Below, piece after piece: positions 1 to 13,352 of a stretch of DNA of 64,000 nt. How positions within the stretch are numbered: position 1 is the stretch's first letter; each line of letters begins with the position of its first letter. The stretch lies in the NCBI RefSeq assembly GCF_009914755.1, contig NC_060926.1, one strand, 5' to 3'. The notes under the pieces were generated by a model that saw only the letters and a program-made list of their open reading frames with translations, had not been told where the DNA came from and made no database searches. Origin of the DNA: the human T2T-CHM13v2.0 reference genome, Homo sapiens. A program made the translations under genes and the position numbers.

Positions 1-27
1 AATACACAAATTGCCAAAACTGACTCA

Positions 28-406
<379 letters not shown>

Positions 407-419
407 AGGCCTATCTTGA

Positions 420-680
420 GCAGAAAGCCAAATACCACATGTTCTCACTTATAAGTGGAAGCTAAATGATGAGAACTTATGAAAACAAAGAAGGAAACAA
501 TAGAGACTGGGGTCTACTTGAGGGTGGAGGGTGGGGGAAGGGAGAGGAACAGAAAAGATAACTATTTGCTTAACACCTAGGTGATGAGATAATCTGTACA
601 ACAAACCCCCGTGACATGAGTTTACCTACGTAACAAACCTTCACATGTACCCCTGAACCTAAAATAAAAGTTAAAAAAAA
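420..680 (+). mobile_element. 5'-truncated L1P(A/B) 3' end with poly(A)
   Basis: aataccacatgttctcacttataagtgg ... acaaacccccgtgacatgagtttacct ... aacctaaaataaaagttaaaaaaaa is a typical primate L1 3' UTR. Confidence 0.85.
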
Positions 681-788
681 GCCCAGCACCAAATGGTCTT
701 ACTGGTAAATTCTACCAAACTTTTAAAGAAAAATTAACATCAATGCTACTCGAAATCTTCCAAAAAACAGAAAAGGAGAGACCACTTT

Positions 789-1081
789 TGTACTAGTCTT
801 CTTGGGCTTTTATAACATGATCCCACAGACTGGGGTGGCCTCAATGACAGACATTTATTTCTCATGATTCTGAAGGCTGGAAGTCTAAAATCAAAGTGCC
901 AGCAGTATTGTTTTCTGGGAAGGACTCCTTTCCTGGCTTGCAGATGGTTGCCTTCGTATGGCCTTTCCTCTGTGTATGCATGCAGGGCGTGTGTGTGTGT
1001 GAGAGAGAGAGTGAGAGAGAGAGATTGGGGGGTAGGGCTTCAACATATGAATTTTTGAGGGGCACAATTTAGTTCATAACA
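789..1081 (-). mobile_element. MLT1A-like MaLR LTR
   Basis: tgtactagtc...gacatttatttctcatgattctgaaggctggaagtct...ttcaacatatgaattt...cataaca. Near-TSD acttt/acttc. Confidence 0.8.
989..1024. repeat. Compound (GT)n(GA)n microsatellite
   Basis: gtgtgtgtgtgtgagagagagagtgagagagagaga, read directly. Confidence 0.9.
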
Positions 1082-3801
1082 ACTTCCTAACACATTCTAC
1101 GAGGCCCTGATACCAAAGTTGGAGAAAGATACCACAAGGAAATTATAGACCAATATAATTTATGAATATAGATACGAAAATCTTCAAAACAAAACAAGAC
1201 AGTAGCAACCAAATCCAACAGCACATTAAAAGTATTATCCAGCACGATCAAGTGGGGTTTATTCCAAGAATGCAAGCATAGCTCAACATAAGAAAATTAA
1301 TCAGTGTGATATATTGTATTAATAGAATGAAGGAAAAAAACCCCACATGCATCTCAATAGATACAGGAAAAAAGTATCAAAATTAAATACTTTCTCATGA
1401 TAAAAACACTAAGCAAACTAGGAAGAGAAGAAAACTTCCTTAACATGATAAAAGACATTTATGAAAAAAACCACAGCTAATATTATACTCAAAGATTGAA
1501 AGCCCATATCAGGAGCAGGACAAGGCTGTCCCCTTTCACTGTTTCTACTCAACCTTGTACTGGAGGTCCTAGACAGAGCAGTTAGCAAGATGAAGAAAGA
1601 AAAGGCACTCAGATTGGAAAGAATGAAGTGAAACGATTTCCATTTGATGATGACATGATTTTATAGGTTGAAAATCACAAATAAATCACAAATAACTACT
1701 AGAGGCAATAAACACATTTAGGCAAGTTGTAGGATACGAGGTCAATACATGAAAGTAAGTTGTGATTTTATAAACCAGCAGTGAACAATACGAAAGGAAA
1801 TTAAGAAAACAATTTCATTTACAATTTTATCCAAAATATACAATACCTGGGATTAAATTTAATCAATGATGTGAAAGACTTGTACAGTGAAAACTATAAA
1901 ACATTGCTGAAAGAAATTTTAGAACACTGAATTAAATAGACAGCGCATGTTCATGGAGCAATTTGTTGATTCAGTGCAGTCTCTATCAAAATTCCAATGA
2001 CTTATTTCGCACAAATGAAAAAAAACAAGCCTTGAATATGGAATTGCAAGGGACCCCAGGTAGCCAAAAAAATGTTGAAAAAGTAAAACAAAAACAAAGT
2101 GAGAGGAGTCACACTTTCTGATTGCAAAACTTATTACAAAGTTACAGTAATCAAAACAAACCAAGATTAGACGTGGAGTGAGAGAGACCTAGTGTCTCAT
2201 CCCTTTTATCATTGTTTTGAGGATCCTCACCCCATACCGACTGCTGGTTGTTGGATGGAGACACTGGTCTCCTACTGGGGAGATCCCTTTGCTGGTGCTT
2301 CTCTGCACAGGGTAGCTCTTTTGGGGTCATCTCCTATGCTCAGCATTACTTCCCAGAGACCCTCTAGGATGAGGTGCGTTTGGACCCAAAGCAGTGCTTC
2401 TCTGGTCCCTGCCACTGGCATTGACTCCAGGTCACCAGTAGGGCCTTTCCTTAGGATAATGTAGTACATAGGTCCTAACAGGTGACCCTCACTTCACTTC
2501 TCAGGAAGCAGAGGTGGGGGTCTGGTTCCACACCCTCCCCAAGGCAGGGGTCTTTGTGCAGGCTGACCTATCATCAGCCTGCAAACCAAGGGTTCTAAAA
2601 GGTCACAAAAGTGCCAGCTATGCCTCCATTCCTCACTGCTCTACCTTGCAATAAACAAAACAAAACAAAAAACAATGCTACTTAGAAGGGCAGAAAATCC
2701 AGCTTCTATAGATTAAAATAAACACAGAAACACCATTTGAATATAATTTTGCATATCTGTATATGTAGGAAAATACCTAAATACCAACAATAAAGTAGGA
2801 TTATAGACACTTTCAAATTTTCCTTGTATTTTCCTGCATTTTCCAATTTTTCAGAGTTGAGACCTATCCTTCGGGTGAGATGAAAACTATGTTATGAACT
2901 GGTTGGGGAGTGCATTTTCCTCTTATAGGGCTTAGTGTGGGGCTGGGCATCTACCGAGAGCCTCTGATGAATTTTACATTCAATCTGTGAAGCACTAAAG
3001 GAGGATGCTTAGGGTCTAAGCAAGGAAAGGCCTCACCAAAAGAGAACAGAATGCCGAAGGGGTCCTCCTGCTGCCCCCCTTCCTGCCCCCACTCCTCCAA
3101 ATTGTCCCAGCCTCCTGATGTGTGAGTGCTGGGCGCTGGGAAGGAGCTGCCTGCAGAGGCCTGGGTGCAGGTGGAGCTTTGTTTTCCTGGGCTGGGCCAG
3201 GTTGTCCTCAGTGTTTGCCCTGTGGGGCAGTATGGGAGTGGCACCCTCCCCCTGGCTTTCTTCACCCGCCAGCCTCCCTCTCACTTTCCCTGGCATCAGA
3301 ACTGAGACTCTGCACACCCAGCTTTGCCCCTGTGGGTTCCTCTGCCTGATGCCCACTTTCCCATGAAGCTGCTTGGGTGCTGCCTGTCTTCTTTGAGAAA
3401 CCACTCTGGGACACTCCAGGAGAAAGAGCACCTGCCCCCTCAGGATGGTCCCCAAGCTAGTCTGCTGCTTCTGTTCCCTGTCTGTGGGTTCTGAGAGGGC
3501 AGGACCTCATCTGTCCTGCTGCCTGATGAATCTCTGGGGTGTGCAGTGCCAGGGGGCTTCTAGGAGCCCTGCCCTGCAGGGTGGGGAAGGTTATGACCTG
3601 GGTACCAGCAGGACCTCACACATCTGTCCCCTGGGGAATGGCACATTGGTCCCATCCGTAATGTAGCTCTAAGAAGATTCATGTCACCCCTACACTTGCA
3701 GGATGAAGTGCACATCCCTGGCAGGGCCTTCAGGCCCTCTGGACTGACCTTTCTCCTGCTCTGAGGCCCTGGCCTTCTCAGGATGCTCCTCACCCTCATG
3801 C

Positions 3802-5983
3802 TGAAACCACCTTTGCAAATGTATGATAGTAAGAAAAATCTGACATGGTGGACTCCATCTTGCTTCTATGTCTTTGCTCATTCCTTGGTGGGTGTGGGCC
3901 AAGCTAACTTTATGAGAATTTGATTTATAGTTTATTTTTTTATTTTTATTTTTTTTGATTTATAGTTTAAATGATAATAACCCTTCTCCCAAACTGTTCT
4001 TGTAAAACTAATGAAAATCCATCAAGTTAGGAGGATGAGAGGGGCTTGAATTTTCAATAATTACCAGTTCATTATTCCGGAGGTCATAAGACTTGCAACT
4101 TCCCCAATTATTCTTGCAGATAACATCACTATTGTAGAACCAAATGTTATGGGCTCTTCGGGATGTCACTTTTCTGGCTGGAAACCTCTGTAGCTGGAGA
4201 TGCCTTTGCCCAAGTTTTGCTCAGGCCTGCTGGGCTCATTCCACCCACTTGGCCTAGCAGGCTGTGCTTGGCTCATGCTGCCAGCCTGGATCCCATGCCT
4301 GCCAAGGGCGAGCCAGGCATGGAGCAATAAGGGGTGTGTAAGTGAGTGAGCCTGGAGTCCAGCCACCATGCCCAGTCAGGCACACTGGCTGCTGCAGCAG
4401 GGTAGGCAGCTCCGGGTGCAGGCATGGGCACTGGCTCTCTGTGAGGTTGTGGCTGGACCAGGCACACCACAAGCAGCTTCCACGGCTCCCACTGGGGAAC
4501 ACAGTAGCACCTGGAAGCTTGGAGAATCCAGGAACTACAGGGCTCCAAAGAGGGAGTCACAGCCCTACTTCCAGGAACTCCTAGTCTGGGCTCCCCAAAG
4601 GGCTGCAGCTCTTCTCACCTTCTCACCTGCAATGTGGTGAGCAAGAGGCATGTTTTAGCCCTGTTTATGTTACAACTCTTTTAGACCTACCATTCAGCAG
4701 GTCCCAAGTTCTTGTCCTGTGTCCAGGAAGAAGGAGGCAAGCAGACTCCTAGAGTGAGTAGCTCCTCTCTGCAGATGGTTGTCTCAATGTCTGCTCAGCT
4801 CTGGCTGAGCCTGGGGCTTTTATGGGCTTCAAAAGGGAGAAAGTCCACGCCAGTTGGTCTGTGGTCAGCTGTTGGTAGCCATGGGCGGGCCCAGGAAAGA
4901 CACCACAAGTTCCCACTCTGGTCCATGGGACTGGCAGCCCAGCCCCCAGTCTTCAGGCCCTCCCTGGCCTGAAGGTGGGGCCTCACTGGGAACCCTTCCC
5001 CATCCACCCAGGAGCCTCTCTGCCTCCTGCTGCCATTCATAGTGCCCAGGCTATTCATGCCAGGGGTGCCTGTAGGCCATCGCCGAGCTGCCTTCAGCCA
5101 ACCCTTAACTTCCCTCCCATGCTTCTTGGCACCCAAAGTCCAGAGAGGGCCAAGCCAGCAGGGGGTTGGTGTGTCAGCACTGCCCTGAGTGTGCGCACAC
5201 CCAGCTGGGCTATATCAGTGCCTGGGCTTGGCCCCAACCCCACTTGAAGATTGGAGTGGGAGCCAGGAGTCAGGAGAGGCCAGGCAGTGGGAGCAGACAA
5301 CTCAGCCTTCAGGGGCAGGAGGGGGCCTTCTCGGGACCCTGAGAGTGCAAAGATGCCTGGCTCTGCAGCTGTGGCAAAGGCAGGGCTCCTGTCTGCTCCC
5401 GGTCCCTCCAAGAGCACAGGGAGGCCTGGTTTCGCAGCCACAACTTGGGCAGCTGTAGCTGCACCCGGGGAGCTCCCGACCCACCAACTTGTAAGGGGCA
5501 GGGCTCCCACTTATCCCTGGCTCCTACTGGCTCTGTGGAGTGTGCAGTCCCAGCTGTGCCTCCCTGCTGGAGCCAGCATGATGGCAGTGGCCTCTCCAGA
5601 TGAGCCGCTGCTGCCGTCACTAAGTTTGGCCGTTTGAGATGTCTTTTTAGGTTTTCACATTTCTGATGACTGTGACTGGACCTGCAAGCCAGTCCTGTGG
5701 CCCCACCCAGCAGCCGACTCAGCACAAGAGGACAGCTTCCATTCCCTATGATTTCATCTCCGACCCAACCAATCAGCATGCCTCCTACCTTAGTCCCCTG
5801 CCCACTAAACTATCTTTGGAAAACCTCTAACCTTCAGGGAGATTGATTTGAGTAATAACTTTGTCTCCTCAATGGCGTGGCTGGCCTCACATCAACTAAA
5901 TTCTTTCTTTACTGCAATATCATGGTCTTAGTGTGTTGATTTTGTTTGTGTAGCAGGCAGGAAGAACCCATTGGCTGATTACA
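3802..5983 (+). mobile_element. LTR8A-like ERV1 solo LTR, split by a MER52 insertion
   Basis: Starts tgaaaccacctttgcaaa...gactccatcttgcttct, resumes at 5620 (ctaagtttggccgtttgagatgtc) and ends gaacccattggctgattaca. Confidence 0.75.
4145..5619 (-). mobile_element. MER52A-like ERV1 LTR
   Basis: Reverse complement starts tgacggcagcagcggctcatctggagaggccactgccat and ends ...cataaca. GC-rich MER52-type body. Flanked by a near 4-bp TSD (caaa/ctaa). Confidence 0.8.
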
Positions 5984-6839
5984 ACACTAGCAGCATTTTT
6001 GGCCTGGAGTGTCCTCTTCTGTTGCTCAGCTGACACAAGTCATTCAGGCCTCAGGCCAGGCCTGAACATCTCCTACCCTGGGACACCTTCACAGCCTGCC
6101 TGGCCAGGTGGCCCTACTGGAGCTCACCTGTACCTGGTGCTAACCCTGTGGACAGTCATAGGCTGATGGCCAAGCGATGCCTGAGAGCACATCTGCACTC
6201 TGCCTGAGGGAGGCCTGGCTGGGAGAGGACAGGCCAGTAGTGCCTGAGGAGTGGGTGACTTCCCATTGACCATGTTCCTGGGGCATAGCAGCTCATTCTC
6301 TTCCTTTTCCCCTGCTCTGTCTCTGGTTTCCATTTTGTCTCTGTTTCCTTTCCCATTTGCATAGAGCCAATCTAGCTTATGAAAAACAAGCTGTCATCTT
6401 AGTGTTTTTTGTACCCCATTCCCCCTGCAGCTGCTGTGTTTCCAGATGTTCATTACTGCTGTATTAGCAGAGGTTGTTAATGACACTCAGGCTGGCAGAA
6501 TACAAATTGATTTTCAAAAGTTATGCTGATTGCTTAGGCATGTTTCTTGCACTAGCTAAGCAAAATGAACACGAACATACACACTCACACACCCCCCCGA
6601 AAAAAATATGCCATGTGGCACATGTAGTCTTTGATCCAAGGGGCTCAGTTCACATGTGAATCAAATACCAAAGACATTATGCTGACTGGAGAAGTTGCAG
6701 ATAGAGATGGGTTTTCAGGGAAGCTTTAACTGGGCTGGACCCAAGGGGAGACAATACCTGGAGGCAGTGTGACCCTGAGATGTTTTTTAGTTTCTGACTT
6801 CTGCTGTAAGCAGAGTGAGGCCTTGTGGGGTGCAGGATT

Positions 6840-6990
6840 GTGGCTTGAATTGCAGCATTGCCACTTGTGGTGTATGAGTTTGGGAAAGTCGTTAACCTCT
6901 GAACACCCTCATCTGCAAAATGCAGACAATGGGTATGTGCCACTCAGGTAGTAGCATTAAACAAGATAGTGCATGCAGAATTGGAATGGC
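6840..6990 (+). mobile_element. MIR fragment
   Basis: tttgggaaagtcgttaacctctgaacaccctcatctgcaaaatg resembles the MIR core. Confidence 0.6.
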
Positions 6991-8624
6991 TCCTTACCAG
7001 CTTGGTGAAGATAGAGAGAGATGTTTACATGGCACTGAACTTCTAGAGTTTTCACCAGCTCAATTTGTAGGAAGGGCAGAAACTCCCCAAACTACCTAAG
7101 AACCTGGAGCTGGTACTGCTTCCAGACACCAGAGAGAAACCTGGAGAATCCAGAGGCACTGTGGTTTCTGTTGTAGCCACAAGGTGTCACTGTTGAACAC
7201 AAGCCCTGCACAGCTCTGTGAATGCTGGTTCGCTGCTCTGGTGAAGGCCTAGTTCCAGGTCCCCACACAAACTGCATTGTGCCCACCCATGGACTGCAGG
7301 GTTGTGATGTTGTTCCTTTTCCTCCAAGAAAGCCCTTGAGATTCTTTTTGAGGGATTATACAATGCAGAAAACAAAAGGTCTTCTGATAGCCTTTCCTGG
7401 GGGACAAAGATACTTTGCTGAGATTATAACTAGTCAGGGACCACTCCTGTGAAGTCCCCAGGAAACAAAAGTGAACTGCAAGGTGACTTGTCTTTACTCC
7501 TACATCCTGGAAGCTGTCTTGATTCTTAAAATTCCAACTCATCAGCACCTCCTCATGCATAAAAACTAAGTTTGTGTGATTGATGCATGGTGATTGGTCA
7601 GCTGACATGAGCTTGCCTCCTTCCTTTCCACTGGGTCAGTCAGCAGGTCACAGGTCACATCAGAGGCCCTGGTAAGGTGTCTTGGTGTCCAGGACATTTA
7701 TCAATTGATCATCCTGCTGTCCTTACTTCTGGGGGCCCTGGATTCAAGGGGCTCAGGAGAGCTAAAATTTCATGGTGCTCACAGCTTGCTCCATTAGGCT
7801 GAGATGCAAAGGCCTGGAAGCTGAGCACGTGAGGTTGGCTGCATGGATACTGTGCTTGGAGCACTTGTTATTTGAGTCCTCAGGCTAAGGCCTCTTTGTG
7901 ACCTGGGCTGGAGAGACGCACGTTGGCAGGGGCTGAGCCTTAGCATCTTTCCTGGACAGTTACTGGGAAGTGGGATGGGGTCCTTGGGCCAGAGCCACAA
8001 CAGAATCCCAACCTTGCTGCTGATCAGCCAAGGGATCTTTGCAAGTCACTGCCTCTGCTCAAGATAATACTGTCCCTAAGACTGGTGGCTGAGGACCCCT
8101 GGAATGTTAGAGTGGGATGGCCCTAGAAGCCATTCTAGTTAAATCCCTTCCCTCCTTGACCACCCTTCTCCAGCGCCACAGGGTAGAAAGCAAGGCCTTG
8201 AAGTTGTTCTCTTTCTCATGAGACTCTGATGAAAGGGACGAATAGAAGTAAAGGGCTTCCCAAATCTTTAAATAACAAACAGCAGGAGGGAGTTTCAGTA
8301 AATCCGTTTTTTAAGACTACCAAATGGAGAAGCTCTTTGAAGACTGTAAAATGGCACTGTTCTCACCTGGGAGGAGAGTCTGGGCTCATGTTCAGGACCC
8401 CCAAGTGCACCCACTGGCCAGGCTGGTGTGGGCTGTTGGCCAGAGAAGAATGGGAATCCCAGAGTTTCCCTTATGTTGCATTTTGCCACATGTTATAGGG
8501 TTCATCATTCATTCATTCATTCTTTTGTTGCTAAAAGTCCATGGTGCATCCAGTCCTACAGCCGATGTTGTGGCAATGGGGTCTGCAGTACTGGAGCTGC
8601 AAGAGCCCACCACACACTTCGGCC

Positions 8625-10066
8625 CCACTCACTGTGGTGGGCTGGAGGAAGCTGAGCCCTGCTCATTGCAGTGGGCTGGAGGAGGCTGGGATCACTTGCT
8701 GTGATAGATAAGGGGAGGCTGGCATCTACTTACTGTGGTAGGTGGGAGGAGACTGGGATCCACTCACTGTGGCGGGCGGGAGGAGGCTGGGATCCACTCA
8801 CTGTTGGCTGGAGGAGGCTGGGATCCGCTCACTGTGGCGGGCGGGAGGAGGCTGGGATCCACTCACTGTGGCGGGCGGGAGGAGGCTGGGATCCGCTCAC
8901 TGTGGCGGGCGGGAGGAGGCTGGGATCCGCTCACTGTGGCGGGAGGAGGCTGGGATCCGCTCACTGTGGTGGGAGGAGGCTGGGATCCGCTCACTGTGGC
9001 GGGAGGAGGCTGGGATCCGCTCACTGTGGCGGGAGGAGGCTGGGATCCGCTCACTGTGGCGTGTGGGAGGAGGCTGGGATCCGCTCACTGTGGCATGTGG
9101 GAGGAGGCTGGGATCCACTCACTGTGGCGTGTGGGAGGAGGCTGGGATCCACTCACTGTGGCGGGCGGGAGGAGGCTGGGATCCGCTCACTGTGGCGGGA
9201 GGAGGCTGGGATCCGCTCACTGTGGCGTGTGGGAGGAGGCTGGGATCCGCTCACTGTGGCGGGTGGGAGGAGGCTGGGATCCGCTCACTGTGGTGTGTGG
9301 GAGGAGGCTGGGATTCACTCACTGTGGTGTGTGGGAGGAGGCTGGGATCCGCTCACTGTGGCGGGAGGAGGCTGGGATCCGCTCACTGTGGCGGGAGGAG
9401 GCTGGGATCCGCTCACTGTGGCGGGAGGAGGCTGGGATCCGCTCACTGTGGCGGGCGGGAGGAGGCTGGGATCCGCTCACTGTGGCGGGCGGGAGGAGGC
9501 TGGGATCCGCTCACTGTGGCGGGCGGGAGGAGGCTGGGATCCGCTCACTGTGGCGGGCGGGAGGAGGCTGGGATCCGCTCACTGTGGCGGGAGGAGGCTG
9601 GGATCCGCTCACTGTGGCGTGTGGGAGGAGGCTGGGATCCGCTCACTGTGGCGTGTGGGAGGAGGCTGGGATCCACTCACTGTGGCGTGTGGGAGGAGGC
9701 TGGGATCCACTCACTGTGGCAGGAGGAGGCTGGGATCCGCTCACTGTGGCGGGTGGGAGGGGGCTGGGATCCGCTCACTGTGGTGTGTGGGAGGAGGCTG
9801 GGATTCACTCACTGTGGTGTGTGGGAGGAGGCTGGGATCCGCTCACTGTGGTGGGAGGAGGCTGGGATCCACTCACTGTGGCGGGAGGAGGCTGGGATCT
9901 GCTCACTGTGGCGGGAGGAGGCTGGGATCTGCTCACTGTGGTGGGCGGGAGGAGGCTGGGATCCGCTCACTGTGGCGGGCGGGAGGAGGCTGGGATCCGC
10001 TCACTGTGGTGGGTGGGAGGAGGCTGGGATTCACTCACTGTGGTGGGTGGGAGGAGGCTGGGATCC
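8625..10066 (+). repeat. G-rich minisatellite/VNTR, unit GGGAGGAGGCTGGGATCCGCTCACTGTGGC (30 bp) plus or minus a 4-bp insert (34 bp), about 40+ copies
   Basis: Directly visible tandem array. Homogeneous from ~8740 to 10066, with degenerate copies at 8625-8740. Most units carry a BamHI site. Confidence 0.97.
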
Positions 10067-10289
10067 TGGGCTGGGGGCAGGAGCTAAATTGCTGGGTGAG
10101 AGGAGCAGATGAAGGTGGGACTGGATGAATGAAGGCTCTTGGACATGTGAAAGTCATGACCATATTGTGTGTGAAGGTCAGAAAGTGGTAAGCTTGGTGG
10201 AGCAAACAGCTTGCTTAGAGAAGTAAGGGAGGGGCAGGGGAGGGACCCTCTTCCTTGGAACACTCTTTGCCCATTTTTTTTGTTTGACA

Positions 10290-10810
<521 letters not shown>

Positions 10811-11134
10811 TGGCCTCTGGGTGGAGAATTGGCATTTTGACTCTGTCCATGCCAGAAGGTGTTGCTGAGAGTCCTGAATCCCACTGCCAAGGCTGTGGCT
10901 AATGTGTGCGTGAGAAGCCTGCAAGGTCATTTCCCTCTGTTCTGTTTCTTTCTGACAAAATTGAACACGTTTTTGCCACAAATTATCTCTGAACTTCCCT
11001 ACAGCTCTGAGCTGTTGGCCTCACAGTGCAGCGATGTTTGCAAGAGTCTGAGGGCCCCTGGCTGTAGGCTGGGCTACCTCTCCCTTCCTCCTCCCCTCCT
11101 TCCCGCTTCCCTCCTTCCATCCCCGCAGGACCCA

Positions 11135-11159
11135 GGGTGGGGGTGGGGGTGGGGGTGGG
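11135..11159 (+). other. G-quadruplex-forming motif
   Basis: GGGTGGGGGTGGGGGTGGGGGTGGG: five G-runs with 1-nt loops. Confidence 0.7.
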
Positions 11160-11973
11160 AGCTGTGAGCACCCCACCCTGTGGTTCACAGGAAGATCTGC
11201 CCTCTCTGCCGCTGGTGATGAGTTTCAGTTGAACCGACAGTGAGCTATCAGATCGCTTTCTGCAGCGCGTGGCCCTCCCTCCTTCCTGTGGCGGCCCCTG
11301 GGCCTCCCAGTCCTCCTTCTGAGGCTGATGTCTATCTGTGAGGGGTCTGTGAGTGAGCAGTGCACACTCCGTCACATGCTCACATTTTCCGCTGATGGTG
11401 CTCTCGGGTCCCCAGCCGTTCCAGGAGATTAATGATGTGGTGCAAGACAGGGGAAAGAGACGTCTTTCTTAACCACGCAAACTCCCTGTGACAGATGATT
11501 GGGTTTCCTGAAAGCAGAGCTGCTGACTTCCACTGACATTTGTGTTAGAGCGAATCCAAACCAGATTTTGCGGATTGCTTTAAATTTGTCTGTGTGGAAT
11601 GCTCGGTCTCACTGCTCCCGTCGCTGTCATCTTGGCAAAGGGCTACACCAAAGACGGGGCCCATGGGGCGTGGAGAACATTCCTTCCCGTCACACCGCCC
11701 ATGCTCAGTCAGGAGCGCACATGGGTTCTTGTGTGTTTGTACTCAGGGAGACAGGGCTTGGGGGTCCAGCCAGGAGTATCACCTCTGCATCTGCACCACC
11801 CTGAAATAGCCTGACGAAAAGTTGGCTTGGTTCCATGCAAAGAGGCTGGCTGTGCTCAGGGCAGCCAGTACCTGGGCACTCTGCTTGGTGCAGAGCGGGC
11901 CTTTGGATGAGTGATTACCACACCATCTGGATGTCTTCCGGGAGGGACTATCACATCCTCCCTCACCAAGCTC

Positions 11974-12234
11974 TCCAGGCCATGCCAGCTGGAGGGGGCG
12001 CCATTAAGGAGTGAGGGCCCAGCAGAAAAAGTGGCCTCCAAGATGCCCACATGGTCCCTGGCTCAGCCCCGTCCTCCAGCCCCCTCAGCCTGCTCTGTGG
12101 CCTGCCCCTGCTCCTCAGGGGTTTGAGCCCAGGTTGAGTCCCAAATGCTGTCAGCTCACAGAGCTCTCATGTCCAGGGTGCACTCCTGTCCTCAAGGATA
12201 CCCTCTGCCAGGACAGGATGGGGCGCTGGGGCAC
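11974..12234 (+). repeat. Inverted duplication, left arm
   Basis: Reverse-complement match to 13084-13352. The ORF track shows the shared peptide EPRLSP.CCQLTELSCPGCTPVLKD on opposite strands. Confidence 0.93.
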
Positions 12235-12667
12235 CCCCCCTTTGTAGGTGCTTGTCTTGGCCTGAGCAGTAGGTGCACACTGTCAGCGCAGTGGTCATTC
12301 AATTAAAACAAAAGCAGCAGTGGGGTTGTGAGGGGACCAGTGGCCTTGCCTTGTGGTACAGGCTTCATTCTGAGTCCAGTGGGCAACTCTGAAGGATGAC
12401 AACATGTTCCTGTGGGAGTTCTAAGCGAGGGGTTGGACATGAACCCAGACCAAAGAACACTCCAAATGCTCTGGCCCCAGGTTCCTCTCAGATTCTCTCC
12501 CCTTGGGTCTGTGCCAACCCCACCCCCCACATGCCCTGGGAAGCTGAGGGGTCCTGTTTGTCCCTTCCCTGGTCCCTCCCAGCTCCGTGTGGCAGAGCTG
12601 AGTGCCAGGGCTGCAGGGGAGACCTCTTCTGAGTGCTCTGAGCTTGTATGTGTGTGTCTCTGCAGTG

Positions 12668-13058
12668 TGTTTCCCGAATGAACTGTGTATGCAAAGAGAC
12701 CCCCAAAGGCAGGAGGAGCGGAGAAACCACAGAAGGAGGCAGACAAGGCCAACTTGTTGTTAGAGGTTGGTTTTACTGGGGAATGTACAGACAGAAGCGT
12801 GGTCTTGGGTGGCCGCAAGACAGGAAGATCTCTGCACTGTTACCCCAGGACCAGGGCTTCTATACCACAGGAAAGGGTGTACGTGCTTTAGAAGGAATGG
12901 GCAGGAATCTGATCTAAGGGCAGGATTTAGGGTAAGTGCCTGCTCTCACACAAGGAACAATAGATAAACTGGAAATCTCAGGGGCATTCCCAGAAGCAGA
13001 GTTAACCAGAAGTCAACATAGTGCACTAACCCAAGATGGTGTTACTTTAGCCTCCATA
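12668..13058 (-). mobile_element. LTR47-like solo LTR within the spacer of the inverted repeat
   Basis: Reverse complement starts tatggaggctaaagtaacaccatcttgg...tgttgacttctggttaac...taaatcctgcccttag and ends ...gggaaaca. Confidence 0.65.
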
Positions 13059-13083
13059 CTGTTCTGCTGGGCCCTTACTCTGT

Positions 13084-13352
13084 GTGCCCCAGCACCCCAT
13101 CTTCTCCCAGCAGAGGGGATCCTTGAGGACAGGAGTGCACCCTGGACATGAGAGCTCTGTGAGCTGACAGCATTCGGGACTCAACCTGGGCTCAACCCCA
13201 TGAGGAGTGGGGGCCGGCCATGGAGCAGGCTGACTGTGGGGCCCAGGCTGGAGGTGGGGGCTGAGCCAGGGACCATGCTGGCATCTTGGAGCCACTCTTT
13301 CTGCTGGGCCCCCGCCCCTTAATGGCTTCCCCTCCAGCTGCCGTGGCCTGGA
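13084..13352 (-). repeat. Inverted duplication, right arm
   Basis: Reverse complement of 11974-12234. Core 13119-13195 matches 12123-12199 at 76/77 nt. Confidence 0.93.

Noticed and set aside
8740-10066. CRISPR-like array or PRDM9 13-mer cluster
   Set aside because: There are no unique spacers and no cas genes, and the context is eukaryotic. The unit registers I checked do not match CCNCCNTNNCCNC exactly.
8671-10128. Three long ORFs (450-485 aa) as a repetitive protein gene
   Set aside because: They are an artefact of a tandem unit with no plus-strand stop codons. They start at non-ATG codons and have no supporting gene structure.
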